Below, one piece after another: positions 26,134 through 35,779 of a DNA stretch of 64,000 nucleotides. The notes below the pieces were generated by a model. That model had not been told where the DNA came from, ran no database searches, and saw nothing but the letters and a program-made list of their open reading frames with translations. This DNA comes from an uncultured Bacteroidales bacterium (GTDB lineage Bacteria; Bacteroidota; Bacteroidia; Bacteroidales; Paludibacteraceae), in NCBI GenBank assembly GCA_902774995.1, contig CACYKR010000012.1, positions 121-64,120 on the forward strand, given 5' to 3'. Numbering within the stretch: the first letter of the stretch is position 1; each line of letters starts with the position of its first letter. Position numbers and translations under genes: made by a program.

Positions 26134-26592
26134 TTAAATCTCTATCGGCAGCTGACGGTAAATCGGCTGCGAGAGGGCGGTCAGCGTAGTGGTGTCCGCC
26201 ACGCCCGGAATAGCCTGTATCTTCGTATTCAGCAGGTAGAGCAGATGCTCGTTGTCATGCGCATAGACCTTGGTCAGAATACCGAAAGCGCCTAACGTAT
26301 AGTGTGCCTCCACGATCTCGGGTATCTCTTGCAGGGCAGCGATGACCTGGTTGTACATCGACGCCTTTTCCATGGTTATACCTATATACACGCAGAGCTG
26401 ATAACCAAGCGATTTAGGTTGTACATGATAACTGGAGCCGGTGATGACGCCATTATCAAACATCTTCTGCACGCGTTGGTGAACCGCTGCGCGGCTCACG
26501 CCGCACTCCTCTGCTACGTCTTTGAAAGGGATGCGTGCGTTTTGAGTGATGATCTTCAGAATCTTACGGTCCAATTCATCAATCTTTTCCAT
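26134..26592 (-). CDS. Lrp/AsnC-family transcriptional regulator
   Basis: The start was moved to the ATG at 26592 (MEKIDELDRKILKIITQNARIPFKDVAEECGVSRAAVHQRVQKM). It has an HTH plus a RAM-type C-domain and is 152 aa long. Confidence 0.85.
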   Translation of the reverse strand: MEKIDELDRKILKIITQNARIPFKDVAEECGVSRAAVHQRVQKMFDNGVITGSSYHVQPKSLGYQLCVYIGITMEKASMYNQVIAALQEIPEIVEAHYTLGAFGILTKVYAHDNEHLLYLLNTKIQAIPGVADTTTLTALSQPIYRQLPIEI

Positions 26593-26615
26593 AGGTTTGT
26601 GTAGTATTAAGAAAA

Positions 26616-28484
26616 TTAGTATTTCGTTATTTTCAATGTTCCTTCGTTCGTTACCAGGACATACGCTCCGCCCGGCAGATACTCCACGGAGAAATACGTG
26701 GCGCTGGTACTTCCGAGACATACGCCGGAAAGGGAATACAAACGTACCGGTTTGGCGAGAGGGTTATAAACCGTTCTTCCGTCAAAACGCAAGTCTGGCT
26801 CCTGACGGGCAAGGGAGATAGATTGCGGCTCAACCTTGCCCTCGCCCTGGATAGCTTGCAAAGAGGACTCATAGTTGAGAATCAGGTTTGCCAGCGCATT
26901 GTTGAGTTCCGACGAGGCATCATCCGAAGCCGTAAATGTGAACGTCACATCGCCGTGCTGCATGCGTCCTGCGCCACCCTCGCCGGTAACGATCCTAGGT
27001 ACATCCTCCGGCGCGTCTGGCGTAATCACAGGCATATGAGCCGCGTCTGTATCAAAATTATCATATATCGTGCCGCCCAGTTTGGCAACGACAGTAGCAG
27101 GCACCTGCTCCTCACGCGTTTTAGCCAGGTATGCATCGAAATGCACCGGAGCCTTGTCCGCATCGTAATAGACGAGCGTCTTGCTACCCTCAAAAATGTT
27201 ATTGTACGCTTTGATAACACCGCCGTTCTCGCCGGAGAAAGTAGGAGACTCTTTCTCGTCCGTACCGTTCTTGGTGTCCGTGCCTTGCATGGAGATGAGC
27301 ATCGGACGGGGGCAGTTGCGGAAATAGTTACCCTCCACAAATGCACTGCCGCCGTTGGTCATTCCCACGCCGTATTTGGCGATACCGTCATAATAATTAT
27401 TGTATATATGCACGCTCATGCGCCGTATGCGCGGGTGGCGGGAGTCGGAATGGTCGAACCAATTATGGTGATAGGTGATATAGTTGGCACTCGTGTCCTG
27501 TTTCATACCGCACATCGTTGATTTGCCGGTATCGAAGAAATGGTTATAGGCTATCGTGACGTATTGGGAATTTCCCTTTACATCTATCGTTCCGTCGCCT
27601 TTCTTCTGGTCGCTGGCGGAACCCGGACGGCTGTAGAATCCGTCTATGTGGTGTACCCAGGCATGGCTGTTCTTCGTGTCCAGCGAGATACAGTCGTCCA
27701 AAGCGGTCATGACGGCAAAATTGCGCAACTCCAGACTCTCCGCCTGGCGCGCCAGAATACCGAATCCGCGAATCACGGCGTCTCTGCCCACACCCTCTAC
27801 GGTGATATCCATCGGCACTCCTACTTTGCCTTTGATTTGGAGCCCTTCCTCGGTGCTGCCCATCGAATCCAGATGCTGCGCTTCAATGGTACCGAGCAGA
27901 CGGATGGCTAACGGCTGCGCCGCAAAACCTTTCTCGTAGGCGGATATAATATGCTGCAAACCAACGCGATGACGGGTCTTTTTGTTCTTGTCAATGACAA
28001 CATCCATCTCTACGGTCTTTGCGTTGCCGGCGTGGATGTACAGCACTTTCGCGCCGTCTTTCAGCGTGCCGTCGTTCTTATACGCTCCTACTCCCTGCGG
28101 ATAACCGAAATGTGCGAAACCGCTACGGTCATGCGCTTTCACACTCAGCGCCTCTGTATATATAGGAGCAATGGCACAAGCAGACTCAGGTTCACAGGAT
28201 ACTTCTGCAAAAACGCCCATTTGGTAATTTCCCGGTTCCAGACCCAATGCATCCGCACGGAAATAGGTGCCGTAAGAGCGAATCAACTGATTATCCAACG
28301 TAGAACTTTTTTCTGTAGCCAGATTTTTCACTACTACGGTATAACCCGTTGCATACTCATAGGGCGTCCATTCAACAAATGCACTTTCATACCAACCGCC
28401 TGCTTGGGCGATCCGGAACTCCGCCTGCATACTCACAGACAGAAAACAGGAAAGAAACACTGTCAAAAGGAACCTTTTATACAT
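26616..28484 (-). CDS. Pectate lyase (PL1-like) with a canonical T9SS C-terminal sorting domain
   Basis: The start was moved to the ATG at 28484 (MYKRFLLTVFLSCFLSVSMQA). Parallel beta-helix motifs are present: HAWVHHIDGF, GDGTIDVKGNSQYVTIAYNHF, SDSRHPRIRR and IYNNYYDG. The C-terminus RLYSLSGVCLG...YLPGGAYVLVTNEGTLKITKY is Por_Secre_tail-like. Confidence 0.8.
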   Translation of the reverse strand: MYKRFLLTVFLSCFLSVSMQAEFRIAQAGGWYESAFVEWTPYEYATGYTVVVKNLATEKSSTLDNQLIRSYGTYFRADALGLEPGNYQMGVFAEVSCEPESACAIAPIYTEALSVKAHDRSGFAHFGYPQGVGAYKNDGTLKDGAKVLYIHAGNAKTVEMDVVIDKNKKTRHRVGLQHIISAYEKGFAAQPLAIRLLGTIEAQHLDSMGSTEEGLQIKGKVGVPMDITVEGVGRDAVIRGFGILARQAESLELRNFAVMTALDDCISLDTKNSHAWVHHIDGFYSRPGSASDQKKGDGTIDVKGNSQYVTIAYNHFFDTGKSTMCGMKQDTSANYITYHHNWFDHSDSRHPRIRRMSVHIYNNYYDGIAKYGVGMTNGGSAFVEGNYFRNCPRPMLISMQGTDTKNGTDEKESPTFSGENGGVIKAYNNIFEGSKTLVYYDADKAPVHFDAYLAKTREEQVPATVVAKLGGTIYDNFDTDAAHMPVITPDAPEDVPRIVTGEGGAGRMQHGDVTFTFTASDDASSELNNALANLILNYESSLQAIQGEGKVEPQSISLARQEPDLRFDGRTVYNPLAKPVRLYSLSGVCLGSTSATYFSVEYLPGGAYVLVTNEGTLKITKY

Positions 28485-28504
28485 TGTTGTCACGAATTTT
28501 TGTG

Positions 28505-28536
28505 CAAAGTTACTGCTTTTTTTGCATATATCCAAA
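28505..28536 (-). promoter_or_regulatory. Candidate promoter for the pectate lyase gene (-7 TAACTTTG, -33 TTTG)
   Basis: The minus strand reads TTTGga...20 nt...TAACTTTGcac. It is interleaved with the divergent plus-strand promoter. Confidence 0.5.
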
Positions 28537-28552
28537 TTTTTTTGTACTTTTG
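28521..28552 (+). promoter_or_regulatory. Candidate promoter for the O-methyltransferase gene (-33 TTTG, 20 nt, -7 TACTTTTG)
   Basis: Reads TTTGcatatatccaaatttttttgTACTTTTGcagc, about 20 nt upstream of the ATG at 28572. Confidence 0.5.
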
Positions 28553-28571
28553 CAGCAAATTTCGTAACAAA

Positions 28572-29210
28572 ATGACACTTGAAGAATATATTTCCGAACA
28601 TTCCACCCCGGAAAACGAAGCATTGGAAAGCATCGTTCGCGACACGCAGGTACATATTTTAAACCCGCATATGCTCAGCGGACACGTGCAGGGACGCGTG
28701 CTCGCGATGATCAGTCATATGATCCGCCCGAAAAGAATCTTGGAATTAGGTACCTTCACCGGCTACTCGGCACTATGCCTCGCGGAGGGTCTGACAGAGG
28801 GCGGAAAACTCGTCACCATCGAGCATAACGACGAACTGGAAGATACGATTCGGAAGAACCTCAGCCGCTCGCCGCTGAACTCCAAAATAGAACTCGTCAT
28901 CGGCGATGCAAAGGAGATGCTTGAGCATCGCGCATCAATGCACGATCTGTTTGATTTAGTGTTTATTGACGCAGACAAACGGGAATACTGCGCCTACCTC
29001 GAAGCGGTCTATCCGTTGGTGCCGGAAGGAGGGTTTATCCTTGCCGACAACACCCTTTGGGACGGACATATCATCGACCCCGTGTACGACAAAGACAAAC
29101 AGACAATCGGGCTGCGGGAGTTCAACGACAGGCTGGCACAAGACGAACGGTTTGAGCAAGTGATTCTGCCCTTACGGGACGGACTGACAATGATTCGAAA
29201 AATACGATAA
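28572..29210 (+). CDS. Class I SAM-dependent O-methyltransferase (caffeoyl-CoA OMT/YrrM-like)
   Basis: Only the last 212 codons of ORF 27951..29210 are taken. Supporting motifs are ILELGTFTGYSALCLAEGL (SAM motif I) and FDLVFIDADKREY. Confidence 0.8.
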   Translation: MTLEEYISEHSTPENEALESIVRDTQVHILNPHMLSGHVQGRVLAMISHMIRPKRILELGTFTGYSALCLAEGLTEGGKLVTIEHNDELEDTIRKNLSRSPLNSKIELVIGDAKEMLEHRASMHDLFDLVFIDADKREYCAYLEAVYPLVPEGGFILADNTLWDGHIIDPVYDKDKQTIGLREFNDRLAQDERFEQVILPLRDGLTMIRKIR

Positions 29211-29234
29211 TCGGAGAAAAAACAAGAAAAATGG

Positions 29235-29265
29235 CATATACATTTGTATATGTCAATTTTTTTTT
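29235..29265 (+). terminator. Candidate intrinsic terminator after the O-methyltransferase gene
   Basis: CATATAC-attt-GTATATG hairpin followed by tcaaTTTTTTTTT. Confidence 0.45.
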
Positions 29266-29274
29266 GTAATTTTG
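29243..29274 (+). promoter_or_regulatory. Candidate promoter for the PPIase gene (-33 TTTG, 20 nt, -7 TAATTTTG)
   Basis: Reads TTTGtatatgtcaatttttttttgTAATTTTGcgg. Confidence 0.45.
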
Positions 29275-29340
29275 CGGCGCTTTTTGTGCGCAAGGCACGA
29301 TTATTGGTAGGTTCATTTATTATAAAGTACACATACACAT

Positions 29341-31119
29341 ATGAAAAAAAGTTTTCTTTTCTTAGCGCTGGCAGCAGTATCGCTGGCCACCTATGCGCAG
29401 AGTGAGACGCTGATGACCATTAATGGCAAACCCGTCAGCGCCGAGGAGTTTCTCTACATCTATGAAAAAAACAACCAAGCCGGAGCACTCGATCCCAAAA
29501 CCATGGACGAGTATCTGGATATGTTCATCAATTTCAAACTCAAAGTGACAGAAGCCGAGGCGCAGGGTATTGATACCACCGAGGCGTTCAAGAAAGAGCT
29601 GAAGGGCTACCGCGCGCAGGCTACGCCGAAATACATGCAAGACAATGCCGCAATGGACAGCCTCATCGAGATGAGCTGGCGCCATATGGCCAAGGACCGC
29701 CGTGCCGCTCACATTGCTATCCAGTGCCCGGCTTCCGCCAATGACTCGGTACAGGCAGAGGCACTGGCGAAGATTAACGAGGCCTATGAGCGCGTGACTG
29801 TGGGGAAAATGACAACGGAGAGGAAGAAAGTGAGAGGAAGATGGAAGGAGATAGAGAAACGCCTTCCGGCAGAAGCTTTTGATGTCGTTGCCCGCGAGCT
29901 GAGCACCGACCCGAATGTTGCACAGACCGGCGGCGAGTTGGGTTGGATCACCCCCTTCCGTTATGTCTATCCGCTGGAAGAGGCTGTCTATAACACCGAG
30001 CTCGGAAAGATCAGTGCGCCTTTCCGTACCCAATACGGATGGCACATCGTGCTGGTAGAGGAAGAGCGTAACCATCGCGAGGTCAAGGCCAGCCATATCA
30101 TGAAGATGGTCCCGGCGGACAGCCTTAATGAGAGCAAGAAAGCGCTCATCGACTCCATCGCCAGAATCGCTACCAAGGACAACTTCGCCGAACTGGCGCA
30201 ACGCGAGTCGGACGACCGTGGCAGCAGTGCCCGTGGAGGCGAACTGGGATGGTTCGGAAAAGGCATGATGGTCAAGGAGTTTGAAGAGACGGCATTCAAT
30301 ATGGCTGACGGCGAGATCAGTGCGCCTTTCCGTACGCAATACGGATGGCATATCATCCTCAAAGAGAGCGAGCGTGGCATCCAGCCGCTGGACAGCATGC
30401 GCACACAGATTGAGCGTCAAGTCAAACGCGACGAACGAGCCAAAGAGGCGGACAAGAGTTTTATTCGCAAGACCCGCGCCGAGTACAACCTGCCCGCTAC
30501 CATGAGCGATGAGGAGGTAAGAACCTACGCGGACGAACATCTGGAGGAGAAATATACTGACCTCAAGAACCTCGTACAGGAATACCATGACGGTATTCTG
30601 CTCTTCGAGGTGTCGCTGCGTGAGGTTTGGGATAAAGCCGCGAAAGACACTGCCGGACTGGAAGCGTTCTTCAAAGCGCACAGAAAACAATACACCTGGG
30701 ATAAGCCGCACTACAAAGGATACCTCATCCAGGCCAAAGACGCCAAGATCGCCAAAGCTGCACTCGCCATCGTGAAGAACGCACCGGCGGATTCCGTCAA
30801 GAGTTATATCGCCCACCGTATCAACCAGGACAGCCTGAACTACGTCAAAGTGCAGCAAGGTCTTTGGGAGCAGGGCAAGAACACCGCGGTGGACAAATAC
30901 GGTCTGAAAATCAAAACGGCCGAGTTCACTCCGGGTGAGGAACTGCCGTACGTCGTATGCTACGGCAAGAAACTGAAAGCACCGGCTACATGGGACGACG
31001 AGAAAGGCAAAGTGACCACCGACTATCAGGATTATCTGGAAGCTGAGTGGATCAAAGCGCTGCGAGAGAAATATCCGGTGGTTTTGAACGAAGATGTCTG
31101 GTTGAAAATCAAGCACTGA
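29341..31119 (+). CDS. Periplasmic peptidyl-prolyl cis-trans isomerase with two parvulin (PpiC) domains (SurA/PpiD-like chaperone)
   Basis: 592 aa with a signal peptide. The parvulin signature is duplicated: GGELGWITPF...FRTQYGWHIVLVEE and GGELGWFGKG...FRTQYGWHIILKE. Confidence 0.85.
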   Translation: MKKSFLFLALAAVSLATYAQSETLMTINGKPVSAEEFLYIYEKNNQAGALDPKTMDEYLDMFINFKLKVTEAEAQGIDTTEAFKKELKGYRAQATPKYMQDNAAMDSLIEMSWRHMAKDRRAAHIAIQCPASANDSVQAEALAKINEAYERVTVGKMTTERKKVRGRWKEIEKRLPAEAFDVVARELSTDPNVAQTGGELGWITPFRYVYPLEEAVYNTELGKISAPFRTQYGWHIVLVEEERNHREVKASHIMKMVPADSLNESKKALIDSIARIATKDNFAELAQRESDDRGSSARGGELGWFGKGMMVKEFEETAFNMADGEISAPFRTQYGWHIILKESERGIQPLDSMRTQIERQVKRDERAKEADKSFIRKTRAEYNLPATMSDEEVRTYADEHLEEKYTDLKNLVQEYHDGILLFEVSLREVWDKAAKDTAGLEAFFKAHRKQYTWDKPHYKGYLIQAKDAKIAKAALAIVKNAPADSVKSYIAHRINQDSLNYVKVQQGLWEQGKNTAVDKYGLKIKTAEFTPGEELPYVVCYGKKLKAPATWDDEKGKVTTDYQDYLEAEWIKALREKYPVVLNEDVWLKIKH

Positions 31120-31130
31120 CAACATACTTA

Positions 31131-31178
31131 TAAGGGTTAAGTAAGGGGTAAGTAAGGGTTAAGTAAGAGTTAAGTCGG
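31131..31178. repeat. Degenerate 11-nt tandem repeat (gttaagtaagg-like, about 4 units) in the intergenic region
   Basis: Direct reading: taagggttaagtaaggggtaagtaagggttaagtaagagttaagtcgg. Confidence 0.85.
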
Positions 31179-31204
31179 ACTCACACCGAAAAACGGAACA
31201 CTTA

Positions 31205-32845
31205 ATGAAAATACGACATACGCTCATAGTGGTTGGGATTCTGGCGGTATTGAATGCCGCCGCTTATCTGCTGCCTGTACGTTGGGATATGACCGACGAC
31301 AGGCGCTACAGCCTCAGCGAAGCCTCCAAAACGCTGCTCCGTAATACGGATGCACCGGTCGGGGTAACGATCCTCTTGGAGGGCGAACTCAACAGCGGTT
31401 TCCGGCGGCTGAAAAAAGCCACGGAAGAGACACTTGCCGAAATGGCTGTCTACGCTGACATTAAGGACCTTAACGACCTTAAAGACCCTACAACCCTTAA
31501 AGACTCTTTGGGACTGCGCCCTATCGTCATCCACGAGCGGGAGCAGAACGGCAAAACCGCCCAGACCATGGTCTATCCATATGCCGTTATGACTTACAAA
31601 GGCAGAAAAGCCGTGGTCACGCTGCTGAAGAACACCAGAGGACTGAGCGGAGAGGAGAACCTGAATGCAAGCATCGAGCAGCTGGAGTTCGCTTTCATGG
31701 AAGCGCTGCATCTGCTGGTGCAGCGCGAGACGCCCAGGGTGGCTATCCTCGAAGGACACGGCGAACCGGACGAAGCGCATACATACGACCTGATGACTGC
31801 GCTGAGCAAGTATTTCCAGGTCGATAGAGGAAACCTGAAAGGGACGACAGATGCGCATATCCTGGACGGATACAAGGCGGTAATCATTGCAGCACCAAGG
31901 ACGGCTTTCAGCGAACAGGAGCGGTTCATCATCGACCAATATATCATGCGCGGAGGTACGGTGCTATGGGCGATAGACGGCGTACGGTTCAGCGAGCAGG
32001 CGCTCCAGTCCGAAGGCTTCACTCCTGTCCTGCCCCTGGATTTGGGACTGACGGAGATGCTCTTCCGATATGGTGTACGCGTCAATCCGGCGCTGGTACA
32101 GGATATACAATGCCTGCCTATTCCGGTCAACGTAAGCAGTGACCCGCAACAGCCTAACCTGCAACCGGTGCCGTGGACCTTTGCGCCACTGCTGCTCACC
32201 AGCCAGGGATCGCCTATCACGAAGAACATAGGACAAGTGATGAGTACCTTTGTCAGCCCCATAGACGCAGTAGGCGGAGAGGACGGGATTGAGAAACGTG
32301 TGCTGCTCGCTACCAGCACCGCCAGCCGTCTCACAGCCACACCCGGAGAAGTGAACCTGAACGAACTCAACCCGGACAGAAACGCATTCAAATACCAATA
32401 CGTACCGGTGGCGGTTTCGATGGAAGGAGTCTTCCACGGCGCTTTTGCCCACCGCATGGCTCCGGAAGGAATAACGAGCGCCGAACCTATCCGCAAACAG
32501 AGCGTGAAGACCCGGCAGGTTGTAATCGGCAGCGGGAGTGTGATTGTGAACGAACTGCAGAAAGGACAGGCCCTGCCGATGGGCTACGACCGTTACAGCG
32601 GTATGCAGTTCTCCAACCGCGATTTCATACTCAATGCCGTGCTGTGGCTCACCGACGAGGAAGGACTCATCTCGCTACGGGAGAAAAGCGTGGCGCTACG
32701 GCTGCTGAACGACAAGCGCGCACACGACGAGAGGGGGAAGATACAAGTGGTGAGCACAGTGAGTCCTATACTCGTCCTGGCCTTGATAGGCACTTTTGTA
32801 TTGATAATCAGAAAGAGGAAATATGGGAAACAAACTATCATGTAA
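31205..32845 (+). CDS. gldG: GldG-like gliding-motility/T9SS-associated ABC-transporter auxiliary protein
   Basis: 546 aa with TM helices at both ends. The N-terminal pattern AAYLLPVRWDMTDDRRYSLSEASKTLL matches GldG-family proteins as I recall them. Confidence 0.65.
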   Translation: MKIRHTLIVVGILAVLNAAAYLLPVRWDMTDDRRYSLSEASKTLLRNTDAPVGVTILLEGELNSGFRRLKKATEETLAEMAVYADIKDLNDLKDPTTLKDSLGLRPIVIHEREQNGKTAQTMVYPYAVMTYKGRKAVVTLLKNTRGLSGEENLNASIEQLEFAFMEALHLLVQRETPRVAILEGHGEPDEAHTYDLMTALSKYFQVDRGNLKGTTDAHILDGYKAVIIAAPRTAFSEQERFIIDQYIMRGGTVLWAIDGVRFSEQALQSEGFTPVLPLDLGLTEMLFRYGVRVNPALVQDIQCLPIPVNVSSDPQQPNLQPVPWTFAPLLLTSQGSPITKNIGQVMSTFVSPIDAVGGEDGIEKRVLLATSTASRLTATPGEVNLNELNPDRNAFKYQYVPVAVSMEGVFHGAFAHRMAPEGITSAEPIRKQSVKTRQVVIGSGSVIVNELQKGQALPMGYDRYSGMQFSNRDFILNAVLWLTDEEGLISLREKSVALRLLNDKRAHDERGKIQVVSTVSPILVLALIGTFVLIIRKRKYGKQTIM

Positions 32846-34238
32846 ATTATGGGGACTCGTTGTCCTTTCTATCTTCGGTCTTCAACTCTCAACGGCACGG
32901 GCGCAGGAGTTGCTGGACTACCCCTTGGACACCGTCAATGGGGAAGAGGTGTACCGCTATTCTGTAGAGAAAAGTATCGGTCTATACCGTATCAGCGCTA
33001 ATTTCAAAGTAACGCAAGCCGATATTATCCGCCTCAATCCGCAGATACAGGAGCATGGCGTCCGTTACGGCGAGACGCTGCTTATACCTACCCGCCGCGT
33101 ACATATTCAGGAGAGCAAGCCGGTGGTTATTGAGACTACGGTGACGGAGACGCGCACACCGGTCATGCAGGCTATCGTAGAAGCACTTACCAAAGCAGGT
33201 TCCGCCGCAGACTCTGCCGTAGCAGAGGTGCGGGATACTACAGCAGCCGGACTGTCTGCCGACAGCACGGGAACAGTGGTGGAGATAGCGCTGATGCTGC
33301 CCTTCGAGAGCCATATGACCAAACGCAGCGCGAACGCGGACAGAATGATGGCGGTATATCAAGGTGCGCTGCTTGCGCTGAAAGATATGCAGAACGACAG
33401 CGTCCGTTACCGGCTGCGTGTGTATGACACGGAGCGGAGCGAACGGCGCATCAGCGCCCTCTGCGACAGTACGGAACTCGACCACGTACAGGGTATTATA
33501 GGCCCCGTCTATCCGATACAGATATCGAGGATGGCAGAGTGGTGCATGGCGCATAATGTAGCTATGATGCTGCCTTTCAGCAGCGAGAGTGAACTTACCA
33601 TGCAACCCAATGTACTCCAGTTCAACTCCACCGACCGGCAGCAGGCGGACACACTCTGCCGGTGGATCATGGCGCGGGACAGTGCGCTGCATTGCATTAC
33701 GGTAGAAGTACGCGAAGCGGATATGTCTGAGGCGATGCGGACGTTGCAAAGCCGTATGAAAACGAACGGTATCAGGACTACAGCAGTGGCATTGCGGGAC
33801 TTGATGAACGACTCGGTGGCGTATGCCCTGGATAGCACAAAAGAGAATCTCTTTATCCTCCATAGCGACAAGATACAGCATATACGGATCCTGCTGCCCC
33901 ATCTGGAAAAGATACAGGCCGACGGATACAGGATACGCATCGTAAGCCAGTACTCATGGCTCAAAGAGCAGATCGCTCTGCCGCAGGTCTATACCTCGAT
34001 GTTCACCTCGGAGGCGGACCGCGAAGCGTACGAAGCGCAGTGGAAGACCTATTTCATCAACGAGCACGCAGGAGGGCTGCCGCGGTACGATCTCTTGGGA
34101 TATGACCTCACACGCGCCATGATTGCATGGCTGCAAGGCAAACGGGAGAGCGAAGGACTGCAATCCGTCATACGATGGGAGCAGACGGGTGAAGGCAAAG
34201 GATGGCAAAACGCCAACCTGCAAATCATGGAAAGATAA
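32823..34238 (+). CDS. LysM domain plus periplasmic-binding-protein-like (PBP type 1) protein
   Basis: 471 aa with a signal peptide. It has a LysM motif (YRYSVEKSIGLYRISANFKVTQADIIRLNP...GETLLIP) followed by an alpha/beta region that resembles PBP1. Confidence 0.6.
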   Translation: MGNKLSCKLWGLVVLSIFGLQLSTARAQELLDYPLDTVNGEEVYRYSVEKSIGLYRISANFKVTQADIIRLNPQIQEHGVRYGETLLIPTRRVHIQESKPVVIETTVTETRTPVMQAIVEALTKAGSAADSAVAEVRDTTAAGLSADSTGTVVEIALMLPFESHMTKRSANADRMMAVYQGALLALKDMQNDSVRYRLRVYDTERSERRISALCDSTELDHVQGIIGPVYPIQISRMAEWCMAHNVAMMLPFSSESELTMQPNVLQFNSTDRQQADTLCRWIMARDSALHCITVEVREADMSEAMRTLQSRMKTNGIRTTAVALRDLMNDSVAYALDSTKENLFILHSDKIQHIRILLPHLEKIQADGYRIRIVSQYSWLKEQIALPQVYTSMFTSEADREAYEAQWKTYFINEHAGGLPRYDLLGYDLTRAMIAWLQGKRESEGLQSVIRWEQTGEGKGWQNANLQIMER

Positions 34239-34247
34239 GTGGACAAC

Positions 34248-34931
34248 ATGCGAATACAATACACCGCCATATTGCTGCTGATGTGTATCGCCGGCGCAAC
34301 GGCACAGCCCAGACTGCTGATGCCGGAGCATTATATAGGCGTACACGGCGGAGTGAGCGCAAGCACGGTGAACTTCTCGCCGGCGGTGAATAATATGACG
34401 CCTATCACTCAGGCTGTTGTCTTGGGCGGCAACGGCGGATTGGTCTATCGCTATGCCGGTCATAAATACTGCGCTCTGCAGGTGGAGCTGAACTACCTGC
34501 ACCGCGGATGGGCGGAGCGTAACGATACCATAGGCCGCTACAGCCGGCAGTTGCATTATTTGGAGATACCGTTGTTGATGCACCTCAATTTCGGAAGCAG
34601 AAACTGCAGGTGGTTCCTCAATGCCGGTCCCCAGATCGGCTATTGCCTCAAAGACGGTGGAAACCGGGGAACGGAAGTGAATGGCACAGGGCAGTCTGAA
34701 TATGAGCCCGTCTCCAAACGCGTGGATTGGGGTATAGCGGCAGGAACGGGACTGTATTTCCTTACGCGCAACGCAGGTATATACCAGATAGAGGTGCGCT
34801 TCGACTACTCCTTCGGAGGTATATTCGGTACCAATGTGGAGGACCATTTCAGTGCTGCCAGTCCCATGGACCTAAGTCTGAATGTAGGATGGCTGTGGCC
34901 GGTAAAGAAAAAGACTAAATCAAAACAATAG
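34248..34931 (+). CDS. Small outer-membrane beta-barrel protein (OMP_b-brl_2/PorT-like)
   Basis: ORF 34239..34931 starts at a GTG; the ATG at 34248 (MRIQYTAILLLMCIAGATAQ) is preferred. The sequence has an alternating beta pattern, is about 227 aa long and ends in an aromatic-rich strand. Confidence 0.55.
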   Translation: MRIQYTAILLLMCIAGATAQPRLLMPEHYIGVHGGVSASTVNFSPAVNNMTPITQAVVLGGNGGLVYRYAGHKYCALQVELNYLHRGWAERNDTIGRYSRQLHYLEIPLLMHLNFGSRNCRWFLNAGPQIGYCLKDGGNRGTEVNGTGQSEYEPVSKRVDWGIAAGTGLYFLTRNAGIYQIEVRFDYSFGGIFGTNVEDHFSAASPMDLSLNVGWLWPVKKKTKSKQ

Positions 34932-34933
34932 AT

Positions 34934-35776
34934 ATGAAAACAAATTATGAAGTACGGTACGCGTCAAACCCTATTGACGCAAAGAGCTATGACACCGCAC
35001 GGCTTCGCAAGGATTTCCTCATTGAGAACGTGTTTGTCAAGAACGAAGTGAACATGGTCTATTCGATGTACGACCGCATGATTGTCGGCGGCGCAATGCC
35101 GGTAGGCGAGACGCTGTTGCTTGAGGCTATCGATCCGCTGAAAGCACCGTATTTCCTCACCCGCCGTGAGATGGGTATATTCAATGTAGGCGGAAAAGGA
35201 CGCGTGATAGCAGGCGACGAGGTATTTGAACTCGACTACAAAGAGGCGCTTTATCTCGGACGCGGCGACCGCGAGGTGAAGTTCGAGAGTCTGGATGCCA
35301 ACCGCCCTGCCCTCTTCTATTTCAACTCCACCACCGCCCACTGCGCTTATCCGAATAAGAAAGTGACGAAAGCCGACGCCGTAGTAGCGCACATGGGAAC
35401 ATTGGAAACAAGCAACGAGCGCGACATCAACAAGATGCTTGTCAACCAGGTTCTGCCTACCTGCCAACTCCAGATGGGCATGACCGAACTGGCTCCGGGA
35501 AGCGTATGGAACACCATGCCGGCACACGTACACAGCCGCCGGATGGAGGCGTATTTCTATTTCGAGGTGCCCGAAGAGCAGGCCGTTTGCCATTTCATGG
35601 GTGAGGTAGAAGAAACCCGCCATATCTGGATGAAAGGCAATCAGGCGGTTCTCAGCCCCGAATGGTCTATCCATAGTGCAGCTGCTACCCATAACTATAC
35701 CTTTATCTGGGGTATGGGCGGCGAAAACCTCGACTACGGAGACCAGGACTTCAGCAAGATAACCGATCTCAAATAA
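34934..35776 (+). CDS. kduI: 5-dehydro-4-deoxy-D-glucuronate isomerase
   Basis: 280 aa. The N-terminus MKTNYEVRYASNPIDAKSYDTARLRKDFLIENVF and the cupin His motif (MPAHVHSRRMEAYFYF) match KduI. Confidence 0.85.
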   Translation: MKTNYEVRYASNPIDAKSYDTARLRKDFLIENVFVKNEVNMVYSMYDRMIVGGAMPVGETLLLEAIDPLKAPYFLTRREMGIFNVGGKGRVIAGDEVFELDYKEALYLGRGDREVKFESLDANRPALFYFNSTTAHCAYPNKKVTKADAVVAHMGTLETSNERDINKMLVNQVLPTCQLQMGMTELAPGSVWNTMPAHVHSRRMEAYFYFEVPEEQAVCHFMGEVEETRHIWMKGNQAVLSPEWSIHSAAATHNYTFIWGMGGENLDYGDQDFSKITDLK

Positions 35777-35779
35777 AAT

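Noticed and set aside
27951-28571. N-terminal 207 codons of ORF 27951..29210
   Set aside because: This part is antisense to the pectate lyase gene and runs through the divergent promoter region. The methyltransferase homology begins only at the ATG at 28572, which has its own TAnnTTTG box upstream.
29362-31125. 587-aa ORF on the minus strand covering the whole PPIase gene
   Set aside because: It is a shadow ORF antisense to a gene with clear duplicated parvulin motifs. Its translation is Arg/Leu/His/Val-rich with no recognisable motif or signal, which is typical of the antisense frame in GC-rich coding DNA.
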